A stretch of DNA of 64,000 bases from Bacilli bacterium (GTDB taxonomy: Bacteria > Bacillota_I > Bacilli_A > RFN20 > CAG-826), in contig JAZQVN010000013.1 of NCBI GenBank assembly GCA_045631885.1, positions 21,242 to 85,241 of the forward strand, given 5' to 3'. The position numbers and the translations under genes are program-made. Below are positions 40,123 to 50,277 of this stretch, piece after piece. Each line of letters opens with the position of its first letter. Position 1 is the first letter of the stretch. The notes beneath the pieces are model-generated. The model was not told where the DNA came from. It did not search any database and worked only from the letters and a program-made list of their open reading frames with translations.

Positions 40123-40644
40123 TTATATCTTCATCTTGTTTTTATTGATATATGTGGTGAATCTGATATCGATATCGCCGTCTTTAATTATTGGCCCTTC
40201 TTCCACCATTTCAAAGTCATCATTTTCATCTAAGTTAGGGAAGAAGACTTCCGCTCCACCATCTTTTAAGACTTTTGTTAATAAGACTTTATCAACATAT
40301 GGGAGAGTTTGACGATAAATAGAAGCGCCACCGATGATGTAAACATCATCATTTTGAGAATGTTCTTTAATCACCTTTAAGAAATCATCAAATGTATGAA
40401 CATTGATCACTCCTTCATAATTATGAGTAACATCCTGGCTTAAAACGATATTAGTTCTATTCTTTAAAGGTTGACTGCCTGGGAAAGATAACAAAGTATT
40501 TTCACCCATACAAACTGCATGACCTTTGGTCGTTTCTCTAAAGAATTTCATATCTAAAGGTAAATGGAAAAGTAAACCGTTTCTTTTTCCAATACCCCAT
40601 TTTTCATCACAGTTTAAAATTGAAATAATCATATTAGATAGCAA
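40123..40644 (-). CDS. folA: Dihydrofolate reductase
   Basis: ..ISILNCDEKWGIGKRNGLLFHLPLDMKFFRETT.. is the DHFR signature. It is coupled to thyA. Confidence 0.85.
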   Translation of the reverse strand: MLSNMIISILNCDEKWGIGKRNGLLFHLPLDMKFFRETTKGHAVCMGENTLLSFPGSQPLKNRTNIVLSQDVTHNYEGVINVHTFDDFLKVIKEHSQNDDVYIIGGASIYRQTLPYVDKVLLTKVLKDGGAEVFFPNLDENDDFEMVEEGPIIKDGDIDIRFTTYINKNKMKI

Positions 40645-41485
40645 CAGGAATCTTTTCTTCTAACTTTTCGTATTCATAGTCCACTAGTTTGAAAGAATCA
40701 ACAGTGAAATCATAGAAGTTAGTAATGGATTTATCCATTATTAATTTTGGAGCTTTGTGTTGAGGTTTAGCGATGACTTTTTTCACCAAATCAACATGTC
40801 TATCATAGATATGCGCATCAGCGATAACATGGACTAATTCACCCGCTTTTAAGCCGGAGACTTGAGCGAACATCATTAACAATAATGAGTATTGTAAGAC
40901 GTTCCAGTTATTCGCGGTTAACATATCGTTACTTCTTTGATTTAAGATGCCGTTAAGTGTGTCACCAGTGACATTAAATGTCATGGAGTAAGCGCATGGA
41001 TATAAATTCATCTCGTGTAAATCTTGGAAGTTATAAATATTAGTCATAATTCTTCTAGATTGAGGATTATGTTTTAAATCATAAAGAACTCTATCGACTT
41101 GATCGAATTCGCCTTCTGGGTATTGGTGTTTGACACCAAGTTGGTAACCATAAGCTTTACCAATCGAGCCATTTTCATCCGCCCAAGAATCCCAAATATG
41201 CGAATTTAGATCATGGATGTTGTTGGACTTCTTTTGCCAAATCCAAAGTAATTCATCTAAGCATGATTTAAACGCGGTTCTTCTAATGGTAAGAATTGGT
41301 AATTCTTCTTGTAAATTATATCTATTAACAATGCAGAACTTTTTTACTGTATGGGCAGGAGTGCCGTCTTCCCAATGTGGTCTCACTGGTAAATCAGTAT
41401 CCCAAAATCCATTTTCTAAAATATCTTTCATATTCTGCACAAAAATTTCATCAGCTTTTGACATATTTATTTCCTCCGACTTCAA
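40634..41485 (-). CDS. thyA: Thymidylate synthase
   Basis: It has the active-site ..NLYPCAYSMTFNV.. and ..DMLTANNW.. motifs. It is 283 aa and lies adjacent to folA. Confidence 0.9.
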   Translation of the reverse strand: MKSEEINMSKADEIFVQNMKDILENGFWDTDLPVRPHWEDGTPAHTVKKFCIVNRYNLQEELPILTIRRTAFKSCLDELLWIWQKKSNNIHDLNSHIWDSWADENGSIGKAYGYQLGVKHQYPEGEFDQVDRVLYDLKHNPQSRRIMTNIYNFQDLHEMNLYPCAYSMTFNVTGDTLNGILNQRSNDMLTANNWNVLQYSLLLMMFAQVSGLKAGELVHVIADAHIYDRHVDLVKKVIAKPQHKAPKLIMDKSITNFYDFTVDSFKLVDYEYEKLEEKIPVAI

Positions 41486-41512
41486 TATATATTACATATA
41501 TTTATGACTAAT

Positions 41513-42634
41513 TTAAATAGAAGATAATAATTTTTCTATTTGAGCGAGATAATCTTTTCTCGCATTGTCTTTCACTTCCTCAAATGGAAGGTGATTTTCA
41601 TTAGTTTCTAATAACATCTCAACACACGGATATTTCTTTTGAATATCCTTTAAAGATAGCTCAGAATTACCGACGATTAACGCTAATGGTTTGCCTAGTG
41701 CTTGGCACCTTTTCGCGATGCCATCAATGACCTTTCCATCTAGTGTTTGTTTATCAAGTTTTCCTTCTCCAGATATAATTATATCTGCATTTTCAACTTG
41801 ATTTTCAAACTTGATTAAATCTAAGATCGTATTTATACCTGATTTTATCTCCGCATTACAGAAGGCGAGTAAGCCTCCACCAAGGCCTCCAGCAGCGCCC
41901 GCGCCTGGAACTTTAGCGACATCGATATCTAAATCTTTTTTAATGATTTTTGCTAAATGTTTTAAGCCATCATCTAACTCTTTAATCTCATCTTCATCCG
42001 CGCCTTTTTGTCTAGCGAATTTATAAGCCGCTCCTTCTTTACCATAAAAAGGAGATTGAACATCACATAAAGCAGTTATTTTGACACCCTTTAATATTTG
42101 TTTAGGTTTAGAAAGATCAATACGGGCAATATCTTTTAATGTTAATCCAACAGGGATGAATTGTTCTCTACTTCTATTTAAGAATTTAGCACCCATTCCA
42201 AAGGCTAATCCAACACCCCCATCATTAGAGGCGCTACCACCGAGGAAAACATAAATGTTTTTGCATCCTAAAGATATCGCTTTAACGATTTGTTCTCCTA
42301 AGCCGAATGTTGTAACAATACCTGGATCACTTTCTTCTTTCGCTAAAGCTAGTCCAGCGCATGACGCTGTTTCGATATAAGCATTGTTATTTTTATCGAT
42401 GAAAAAACGAGTCTTAACTTTGTTAAGGTATAAGCCATATACCTCAATATTTACGAATCTGCCTTCTAATATCTTTGAGATGGCTTCTAAAGAGCCTTCT
42501 CCCCCATCAGCGATTGGTAAATAAGTCGCTGAAATATCTTCTCTATTCTCTAATTCTTTTTTAAATAAACGGCAGATATCTAAAGAGGAAAGAGTGCCTT
42601 TAAATGAATCACTAGCAATAACGATGTTTTTCAT
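41513..42634 (-). CDS. glxK: Glycerate kinase
   Basis: MKNIVIASDSFKGTLSSL is the glycerate-kinase N-terminus. Length is 373 aa. Confidence 0.85.
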   Translation of the reverse strand: MKNIVIASDSFKGTLSSLDICRLFKKELENREDISATYLPIADGGEGSLEAISKILEGRFVNIEVYGLYLNKVKTRFFIDKNNNAYIETASCAGLALAKEESDPGIVTTFGLGEQIVKAISLGCKNIYVFLGGSASNDGGVGLAFGMGAKFLNRSREQFIPVGLTLKDIARIDLSKPKQILKGVKITALCDVQSPFYGKEGAAYKFARQKGADEDEIKELDDGLKHLAKIIKKDLDIDVAKVPGAGAAGGLGGGLLAFCNAEIKSGINTILDLIKFENQVENADIIISGEGKLDKQTLDGKVIDGIAKRCQALGKPLALIVGNSELSLKDIQKKYPCVEMLLETNENHLPFEEVKDNARKDYLAQIEKLLSSI

Positions 42635-42735
42635 AATTATCTATTAAACAATTTTATCACAATTAATTCCTTAAATTGTCGTAAACCGTAAATAAATATA
42701 AAATAAAAATATAAAGATTGATAGGAGATAATTTT

Positions 42736-44877
42736 ATGAAAAAACTCTTAGATTTTCTTAAGAGTGTCAAGATTGCCTTAATTGTACTAGGCTCTCTTTT
42801 GGTCACTACTTTTACTTGTATGGGGTTAGCCCATGGTATTCAACAAGACTGGGGTAACGTAAACGTTACAAGCGGTCAAATCACTGCGACCACAGTGGAT
42901 AATGAAGAATATTCCATGGGTTATAAGTTATATATCCCAAAAGGTGTTGACGCAAATAACCCTGCACCAGCAGTTTTGTGTTTACATGGTTATCAAAACG
43001 ACCATGAAACAAGTGCTGGTTATGCAATAGAATTTGCCAGACACGGCTATGTTGCTTTAGCAATTGATGAATTTGGTCATGGTTCCACGAACATCGGTAT
43101 GATGTATAGAGGATACACAAACCACAAAGTCGCTAAAGTGTGCTATGGATGGGATAGTCCAGATGATGGAACATACTCATTCTCCAGTGGACCAGACAGA
43201 TATAAATTATTGATGAACTTCTCTTGTTTAGATTTCTTCATCGATAAATATTCTCATTCTGTTGATAAATCAACAGGAGAAATCTTACCAGAAAGTGTTA
43301 AAGACGCTTCAATGGGTGGCACATTTGCATACTTATGGTTAGCAAGTCAAAACTATGTTAAGGCCAATCAAATAGCGGTCACAGGTCACTCAATGGGTAC
43401 TTGGGCATCTTGGTCAGTATCCGCGGCAATGTGCGAAGCTTTATTAACAAAAGGCGGCGTTGAATATAACATCACTCCAAGAGCCACAATATTACAAGCT
43501 GGTGAAATCTTTAAAACCACGACTGATGTTCTTGGCCGTATGGCGTATGACTCTGATGAAGATGGAATCCCAGAAATCTATTGGAATAACCCGTTATTAT
43601 TAAGCGCTAAATACGATGAATTTAACTACTTCAGAGACTACGCGAAAACTCCAATTAACGATTCCGTTAAACACGGTGACGCAAACGCTAACTTCTTAAA
43701 TGTTCCTAATGATCAAGCTGATTTCAATAAAACATTCCATGAAAACTTCCTCGCAGGAACTTCAAGAAGACGTAATTTATATGTCACTAACCATAGATTA
43801 TTAACTCACCACGATGGTGCTATCACTGATACATTAAACTGGGTCAGCGCTTCTACAGGTGTTACATTAACCATTGATGCCGCTAACCACACATTTATGG
43901 CGAAAGAATGGTTAGTCTTCTTTGCAATGCTTGCCGCTATCGCTTCTGCTGTTGCGATGGTTATGGTATTTAAGGGCTTCAAATGGTTTGAACCAGTATT
44001 CGCTGGTGTACCAAATAGACCAGAAAAAGAAAAGAAAGGTTGGAAATGGTGGAAAGCTGCTCTTATCACTATCGCTATTTCAGCCGCCACATATCCATTC
44101 TTAACTCAATTAGGCCAAGGTTTATTCCCACTACCAGAAGGCTTATTTGCTTTAACAATTGGTAATGGTTTCTTAATTTGGTATCTCTTCTTAATCATTG
44201 TTATGCTCTGCTTCACACTCATTCCATGGTTTAGAAAAAAGAAGAGAGGTGGACTTGATACAGACTTTGTCGATATGGGTATGGCTAGAGATGACATCGA
44301 CCATAGACATAAATTTGACTGGGGTCTATTAGGTAAATCCGCGATTGTCGTTTGTGCGGGTATTCTTTGGATGTATCTCCAAGTTATCTTATGCCAAGCC
44401 ATCTTCCAATTAGACTTAAGATTCATTTGGCCGTTCTTCAAAGGATTCAGCTTCCATAGATTCTTAATGTTCTTAGTCTACTTACCAATGTTTGCTATCT
44501 TCTTTGTTCTTAATAACTCTAAAATCTTTGCTTCAAACAGAGTTCCAGGAACAGGAGAAAAAGGATTCAAAGCCTTCTTCAAAGTTTGGTGGAAATACGC
44601 TCTTTGTATGGTGGGTGGAATCTTATTAATTATCTTAATTGAATACGTCCCATTCTTCATGCAATTAGGGCCAGGTGCAGACTTAATGTTCTCCACGACT
44701 TTCGGTGGTCCGTTCATGTCGTTATTAATCGTTTTCGCTCCTCAAGTTATCGTCTTCTCATTCATTTGTACATATTGTTATAGGAAGACAGGAAATGTCT
44801 TTGTCGGAGCGTTGCTCGTTGCCATCTTAGCATGTTGGATTGTAACAGGCGGATCTGCAATTTTATACACATTTTAG
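42736..44877 (+). CDS. Secreted alpha/beta hydrolase domain fused to a C-terminal polytopic (8-10 TM) membrane domain
   Basis: It has a signal/anchor. The hydrolase core runs HGYQNDHETSAGY...IDEFGHG...VTGHSMGTW. The C-terminal half is strongly hydrophobic. The ATG at 42736 has an AGGAG RBS. The ORF could begin at the TTG at 42718. Confidence 0.6.
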   Translation: MKKLLDFLKSVKIALIVLGSLLVTTFTCMGLAHGIQQDWGNVNVTSGQITATTVDNEEYSMGYKLYIPKGVDANNPAPAVLCLHGYQNDHETSAGYAIEFARHGYVALAIDEFGHGSTNIGMMYRGYTNHKVAKVCYGWDSPDDGTYSFSSGPDRYKLLMNFSCLDFFIDKYSHSVDKSTGEILPESVKDASMGGTFAYLWLASQNYVKANQIAVTGHSMGTWASWSVSAAMCEALLTKGGVEYNITPRATILQAGEIFKTTTDVLGRMAYDSDEDGIPEIYWNNPLLLSAKYDEFNYFRDYAKTPINDSVKHGDANANFLNVPNDQADFNKTFHENFLAGTSRRRNLYVTNHRLLTHHDGAITDTLNWVSASTGVTLTIDAANHTFMAKEWLVFFAMLAAIASAVAMVMVFKGFKWFEPVFAGVPNRPEKEKKGWKWWKAALITIAISAATYPFLTQLGQGLFPLPEGLFALTIGNGFLIWYLFLIIVMLCFTLIPWFRKKKRGGLDTDFVDMGMARDDIDHRHKFDWGLLGKSAIVVCAGILWMYLQVILCQAIFQLDLRFIWPFFKGFSFHRFLMFLVYLPMFAIFFVLNNSKIFASNRVPGTGEKGFKAFFKVWWKYALCMVGGILLIILIEYVPFFMQLGPGADLMFSTTFGGPFMSLLIVFAPQVIVFSFICTYCYRKTGNVFVGALLVAILACWIVTGGSAILYTF

Positions 44878-44924
44878 TTAAAAATCACTGCAAAACACAC
44901 GTTTTTTCCTAAAATTTCAAATAC

Positions 44925-44961
44925 TTACAAAAATAGATAGTGGTCGTCCCGCTATCTATTT
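44925..44961. terminator. Rho-independent terminator between convergent genes
   Basis: AAATAGATAG-tggtcgtcccg-CTATCTATTT has a T-run on the minus side. It overlaps the MATE stop codon. Confidence 0.6.
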
Positions 44962-46349
44962 TCTTCTACTTTTTGACTTGCTCTTTTAAACACTTCATAC
45001 CCATATTTTTTACGGTTCGTGAAAATAAGAACAAGGGTCATTACCATCGATAAAAACTCCGCGACAATGATTGATGCCCAGATGCCATCCACTCCAAAAA
45101 TAAGAGGCAAAACAAACACCGCGGATAACTGGAAAACCAGTGTCCGACAGATAGAAATAATCGCAGAAAGAACACCGTTATTTAACGCGGTAAAGAAGGC
45201 TGAACCAAACATTGAAAATCCAGTAATTAAATAACAGATAGAGAAGATCATCATCGCGTGAGTGGATAACTGATGTAGGCTCTCTGAACTATTTGTGAAT
45301 ATGTAAGAAATTGGACTAGCTAGAGACACCGCGAACGCAGTCATGATTACTCCAGCGATACCAATGATAATCAAACTCTTATTCAAAACATTAGTGAGTT
45401 CATCTTTATTCTTCGCGCCAAAGTTATATCCGATAACTGGGGCGATACCCATTGAGTAACCAATAAATACTGAGAAGAAGATAAAGCACACATAACCGAT
45501 GACTCCATACGCGGAGACACCATCTTCACCGATATATTTTAATAATTGGATATTATAAACAATTGTCACAATCGAGCTAGCGACGTTAGAGACGAATTCA
45601 CTGCTACCATTTAATGCACTCTTGGCAATGTCTTTGAAATTAAAAGTGGTTTTTCCTAATTTGATAAGGTTATCTTTTGAAAATCTAAAATATAAGAATG
45701 GGCCAAGTGCCCCAACAAGCATACCTGATAATGAAGCGGATGCCGCACCCGCTACTCCTAAATCAAGTAAACCAATTAAAACATAATCTAATATCATGTT
45801 TGTGATGCCTGCGATAACGGTGAAGAAGAAACCGAGCATACTCTTTTCATTCACCGCGAAGAATGAATGGAAATAGCCTTGCATCACATAGATTGATACT
45901 CCACCAATCATAATTCTTCCATATAATGTCGCTGAATCAATCATCTCTTCAGTGGTTTCAATTGAATTAATCGAGGCGAACGCTTCAGCAATTGGTCTCA
46001 CTAAAAAGAAAACGATAATAGACGTGATGATACCCACAACAAAAGTTGTGTAAGTGATTAATGAAAATGTCTTATTCGCTCCTTCATTATCTTTTTCGCC
46101 TAGTTTCTTAGAAACTAATGCCGCTCCACCAGCGCCAAACATAAATCCTAAACAAGCCACTATCATGACAATAGGGAAAATAAGATTCACACCCGCGAAA
46201 GCACTAGTGCCAATGTAATTAGAAATAAAGAAACCATCCACTATCCAATATATGGATGTGAACATCATCATCAATATTGGAGCTAATGTGAATTTTAAGA
46301 TCTTTTTAAATGTAAAATGGTCTGATAAATGGATTTCGTTACTCGCCAT
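44952..46349 (-). CDS. MATE-family efflux transporter
   Basis: It has 12 TMs, and the MATE-like repeats resemble NorM/DinF. Confidence 0.8.
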   Translation of the reverse strand: MASNEIHLSDHFTFKKILKFTLAPILMMMFTSIYWIVDGFFISNYIGTSAFAGVNLIFPIVMIVACLGFMFGAGGAALVSKKLGEKDNEGANKTFSLITYTTFVVGIITSIIVFFLVRPIAEAFASINSIETTEEMIDSATLYGRIMIGGVSIYVMQGYFHSFFAVNEKSMLGFFFTVIAGITNMILDYVLIGLLDLGVAGAASASLSGMLVGALGPFLYFRFSKDNLIKLGKTTFNFKDIAKSALNGSSEFVSNVASSIVTIVYNIQLLKYIGEDGVSAYGVIGYVCFIFFSVFIGYSMGIAPVIGYNFGAKNKDELTNVLNKSLIIIGIAGVIMTAFAVSLASPISYIFTNSSESLHQLSTHAMMIFSICYLITGFSMFGSAFFTALNNGVLSAIISICRTLVFQLSAVFVLPLIFGVDGIWASIIVAEFLSMVMTLVLIFTNRKKYGYEVFKRASQKVEENR

Positions 46350-46463
46350 AAGGAATACTTTATCACAATAAAATGAAATAATGTGTCTTATTTTATACTT
46401 TGTATAATTTTGATAGTCATTTTTTGACCATTATATATATAATAATGATAAAGAGGTATTGAT

Positions 46464-47870
46464 ATGCCATACACCAAAGAGATGATTCACGACATAGTGA
46501 ATAGACAAAGAGATTTTTTCTTGTCCAATAAAACTTTAGATATCAAATTCCGTAAAGAACAATTAAAGAAATTAAGACAAGCTTTGCTTGATAATGAAGA
46601 AAAGTTAACTAAAGCCTTATATGAAGATTTAGGAAGAAGTCCTGCTGAAGCATTTTTCTGTGACATTGGTGATGTTGTCATGGAAATTAATGAATATATT
46701 AAAGGCTTAAAGAAATGGTCTAAACCAGAAACGCATTTTTCTGGCTTTGCTTGCTTCCCATCTATATTCACTAAAGTGTATAAGATGCCTTATGGTGTTT
46801 CTTTAATCATCTCTCCATTTAATTTCCCGATTCTCTTATCGATTGGTGTACTCGCGGCCTCCATCGCTGGAGGTAATACCGCTTTAATTAAAGCGAGTAG
46901 TAAATCAAAAGCCTGTACACAAGCAATTAAAGAGATAATTGCTGAAAATTTTGATGAAGAATATATCACCGTTATTGATGGAGGTCATGATGTCGCTGAC
47001 TTCTGTTTAGAAGAAAGAGTGGACAAAATCTTCTATACCGGTTCTCCTAATGTGGCAAAACATGTCATGGAAATGGCGAGCAAGAATCTTGTTCCTGTCA
47101 CATTAGAATTAGGTGGAGAAACTGGTAACTGGTGTGTGATTAGAAAAGATGCAGATTTAAAAGACGCAGCGAGAAAGATAGCCTTCTTTAAGATTTGTAA
47201 TTCAGGACAAGTTTGCATCAACATCAATCAAGTCGCAGTCGCAGAAGAAGTCGCTGATCAATTTGTTGAAGAATTAAAAGCCGCGATCACTAAACAAATT
47301 GGTGAAAAAGCATATTTAAATGAAGAGTATCCAAAGCTCATTACTAAATCTGCCTATCAAAAGATTAGTGATGAAGCGGAATTATATAGAGATAGAATCG
47401 TCTTTGGAGGAGAGGGCGATATTGAAAAACAAAAATACTCCCCCACTATCATTTATCCAGTCACCGCGGATGAGGCAATTTGTAATCATGAAATCTTTGG
47501 TCCACTGCTCCCAGTTGTGAAATTTAAAGATGATGAAGTCGATAAGCTATTTGAATTAATCGCCAGAAGAGAACATGGCTTAGCTTTATATATCTTCACC
47601 AAAGATAAGAAGTGGGCAAAGAAAGTTATGTCATCTCAACAATATGGTGGAGGCTGTGTTAATGAAGTCTGTCTCCATCTCATGGTAAAAGGCGTCCCAT
47701 TTAATGGTACTGGTCATTCAGGTATGGGCGCATATCATGGCGTTTGGGGATTTAGAGAATTCACTCATCCATCCACAGTCTTATTTGGTAAGACACACTT
47801 TAATTTGAGCTTAAGAGAACATCCATATACAGAAAAGAAAAAGAAACTGTTTTCCAAGTTTTTAAAGTGA
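46464..47870 (+). CDS. Aldehyde dehydrogenase (class-3-like, NAD(P)+)
   Basis: ..TLELGGETGNWCVI.. and the catalytic region FKICNSGQVC are present. Length is 468 aa. Confidence 0.85.
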   Translation: MPYTKEMIHDIVNRQRDFFLSNKTLDIKFRKEQLKKLRQALLDNEEKLTKALYEDLGRSPAEAFFCDIGDVVMEINEYIKGLKKWSKPETHFSGFACFPSIFTKVYKMPYGVSLIISPFNFPILLSIGVLAASIAGGNTALIKASSKSKACTQAIKEIIAENFDEEYITVIDGGHDVADFCLEERVDKIFYTGSPNVAKHVMEMASKNLVPVTLELGGETGNWCVIRKDADLKDAARKIAFFKICNSGQVCININQVAVAEEVADQFVEELKAAITKQIGEKAYLNEEYPKLITKSAYQKISDEAELYRDRIVFGGEGDIEKQKYSPTIIYPVTADEAICNHEIFGPLLPVVKFKDDEVDKLFELIARREHGLALYIFTKDKKWAKKVMSSQQYGGGCVNEVCLHLMVKGVPFNGTGHSGMGAYHGVWGFREFTHPSTVLFGKTHFNLSLREHPYTEKKKKLFSKFLK

Positions 47871-47880
47871 GGACTATAAC

Positions 47881-48585
47881 ATGGTAGTTTGTATTATTCT
47901 ATTATCTTTAGGCTTTGTTTCAATGTCATTATTCATCTTTGAAAAGGTGAAAAGATATTCCTTCAAAGCAACGATGATCAAGACCGTTACATCGTTATTA
48001 TTTATCGCTCTTGGATTATATGGCGTTTTATCAAAAACGTTATCTTTAATGGGGTTTTGCTTTGTTTTTGCGTTAGTTTTCGGTTTATTAGGCGATGTTT
48101 TCTTAGATTTGAAATACGACTTTCTTGAAAGTGAAAACTACTTTACTAATGCTGGATTTATCGTCTTTGCTTTAGGTCATATCTTCTACATGATTGGTAT
48201 GTATTCTGAATACTACATCCAAGGTAATCCTTTATACATTATCATCCCAATCGCATTAGGAATTATTGTTGGTTTAGGCAATACATTATTAGGCAAATTC
48301 ATGAAGCTAGATTATAAGAATAAGAAGATATTAGTCTTCGTTTATGGCTCCATCTTATTCTCAATGGTCTTCTCCGCGGGAAGCTTATGGATCTTAAACG
48401 GCTTCACCACCAAAACACTTCTTATGGTCCTCATTGGAGGAGTCTTATTCGCTTTATCAGACTTAATCTTAAGTGGTACTTATTTCGGTATCGGTAAAGA
48501 AAGACCAGTTGATATCATTCTTAATTCAATCACATATTATGCAGCGCAGTTCCTTATCGCGTTCTCGTTATTCTTTGTGGCGTAA
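47881..48585 (+). CDS. YhhN-family membrane protein (lysoplasmalogenase-like)
   Basis: It has seven or eight TMs and ..FGLLGDVFLDL.. resembling the YhhN motif. Confidence 0.45.
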   Translation: MVVCIILLSLGFVSMSLFIFEKVKRYSFKATMIKTVTSLLFIALGLYGVLSKTLSLMGFCFVFALVFGLLGDVFLDLKYDFLESENYFTNAGFIVFALGHIFYMIGMYSEYYIQGNPLYIIIPIALGIIVGLGNTLLGKFMKLDYKNKKILVFVYGSILFSMVFSAGSLWILNGFTTKTLLMVLIGGVLFALSDLILSGTYFGIGKERPVDIILNSITYYAAQFLIAFSLFFVA

Positions 48586-48603
48586 AATATAGAGGTATAG
48601 GGT

Positions 48604-49626
48604 ATGAACAAATTATTAACTGAAGGATCATTATTAGATAATAAAGGTAATCTCGTTGAACCAGGTTACGCGACTTCTTTAATTAAAGAATATGACCGTA
48701 AACAAATCCATGGTTTGAAATGGAGAATTAAAGAATGGGATTACTATTATATTGGCAATCAAGAATATGGTTTATGTTTAACTATATCCGATGTTTCTTT
48801 CCTCGCTTTAATAAGCGTAACAGTTTTAGATTTCAGAACCAAAGCTCAACCAGCGAAAACAATCATTAAGCCATTTACCTTTGGTAAAATTGGTTTACCA
48901 TCTTCCTCTAAAAAAGGCGATGTCTCTTTCTCTAATAAGAACTGCCAAATCAGTTTTGTTCATGAAAAGAATAATAGACGCTTAAAAGCTCATCTAGTTA
49001 ATTTTACTGACGGTAAAGACTTAGATGCAGATATCTTATTAGAAGACAATACAAAGAACACGATTGTCGTTGCCACGCCTTTTAAAAAGAAAAGACACTT
49101 CTACTACAACCAAAAGATTAATTTAATGAAAGCCAAAGGCATATTAAAGATTGGAGAAGATATCTACGACTTTAATAAAGATAGCTTCGGCTTATTAGAC
49201 TGGGGTAGAGGTGTTTGGACATACAAGAACACTTGGTATTGGTCATCATTAAATGGAATCTATGATGGTCATAGAATCGGATTCAATTTAGGATATGGTT
49301 TTGGAGATACCTCCACCCATTCAGAAAACATTTTCTATTACGATGACAAATCTTACAAACTTGAGGATGTTGAATTCATCATCCCACAAGATGAAAAAGG
49401 CAGAGATGACTATTTATCCGAATGGAAATTCGTCTCTAGTTCAGGAGATATTAATCTAACGTTTACTCCTATCTTAAATAGACATGATGACACGAATGTC
49501 TTAATCATCAGATCAAAGCAAAACCAAGTCTTTGGTAAGTTCTCTGGATACTTTATCGTTGATGGTAAGAAGATAGAATTCGCTAACTTAACAGGCTTTG
49601 CGGAAAAAGTTTATAACCGTTGGTAA
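48604..49626 (+). CDS. Hypothetical protein (DUF2804-like)
   Basis: It is 340 aa and soluble, with a WxW-rich segment ..DWGRGVWTYKNTWYWSS... The family assignment is from memory only. Confidence 0.4.
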   Translation: MNKLLTEGSLLDNKGNLVEPGYATSLIKEYDRKQIHGLKWRIKEWDYYYIGNQEYGLCLTISDVSFLALISVTVLDFRTKAQPAKTIIKPFTFGKIGLPSSSKKGDVSFSNKNCQISFVHEKNNRRLKAHLVNFTDGKDLDADILLEDNTKNTIVVATPFKKKRHFYYNQKINLMKAKGILKIGEDIYDFNKDSFGLLDWGRGVWTYKNTWYWSSLNGIYDGHRIGFNLGYGFGDTSTHSENIFYYDDKSYKLEDVEFIIPQDEKGRDDYLSEWKFVSSSGDINLTFTPILNRHDDTNVLIIRSKQNQVFGKFSGYFIVDGKKIEFANLTGFAEKVYNRW

Positions 49627-49635
49627 TATAGAAAA

Positions 49636-49688
49636 ATATCGCATTTTTGATAATTTTAGTCGAGATTTGCGATATTTTTTTATTTTTT
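49636..49688. terminator. Putative terminator
   Basis: ATATCGCA...TGCGATAT followed by a T12 run. Confidence 0.45.
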
Positions 49689-49700
49689 CACATTCGAATA

Positions 49701-50276
49701 TTACTGATTAGAATTAATGATATATTTACTAGCACCGTTGGCAAAACTCCACACCGGTGATGATGATAAACTATTACTTTCACAGACGCTTGGATTAGAG
49801 TCGTTGTCGTCTTTGTGCCATTGTTCAATACAATAATAATTTACATTGTTGGCACTATCATACGCGATATTGTATGTCTGATTCCAAATCTTATCGTTGA
49901 TATTCTCTTTTGTTAAACCTTCTGGATTTACTCTAGCGAATAAGAGTTTATTGTAGTTCACGGCATCATATCTAAATACATATAATTTGAAATTAACATC
50001 ATTAATGGTTGGATTTATTTGCTTATTTGGCGCAATCCAAACACCCGCACCATTATCTTTCCAAACATGCATGTAAAACTCTGCGCCAGTTGTATCCCAA
50101 ATGTTGGCATTAAGATAAATGCTAACCGGCAATTGTCCCTGATATCCTGCGTGTTGATCCAATCGATCACCAGCAGCAAAACCGGCATACGAAATATTCA
50201 CTAAGCTGGCGATACTTATTGTTATTTGAGATATTAATAAAGCAATCAGTGATTTCCTTTTAACTTTTGGTTCCAT
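49701..50276 (-). CDS. Small secreted protein, last gene of the SipW/TasA-like operon
   Basis: It has a signal peptide, is Asn/Trp-rich, and matches no recognised family. Confidence 0.5.
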   Translation of the reverse strand: MEPKVKRKSLIALLISQITISIASLVNISYAGFAAGDRLDQHAGYQGQLPVSIYLNANIWDTTGAEFYMHVWKDNGAGVWIAPNKQINPTINDVNFKLYVFRYDAVNYNKLLFARVNPEGLTKENINDKIWNQTYNIAYDSANNVNYYCIEQWHKDDNDSNPSVCESNSLSSSPVWSFANGASKYIINSNQ

Positions 50277-50277
50277 A

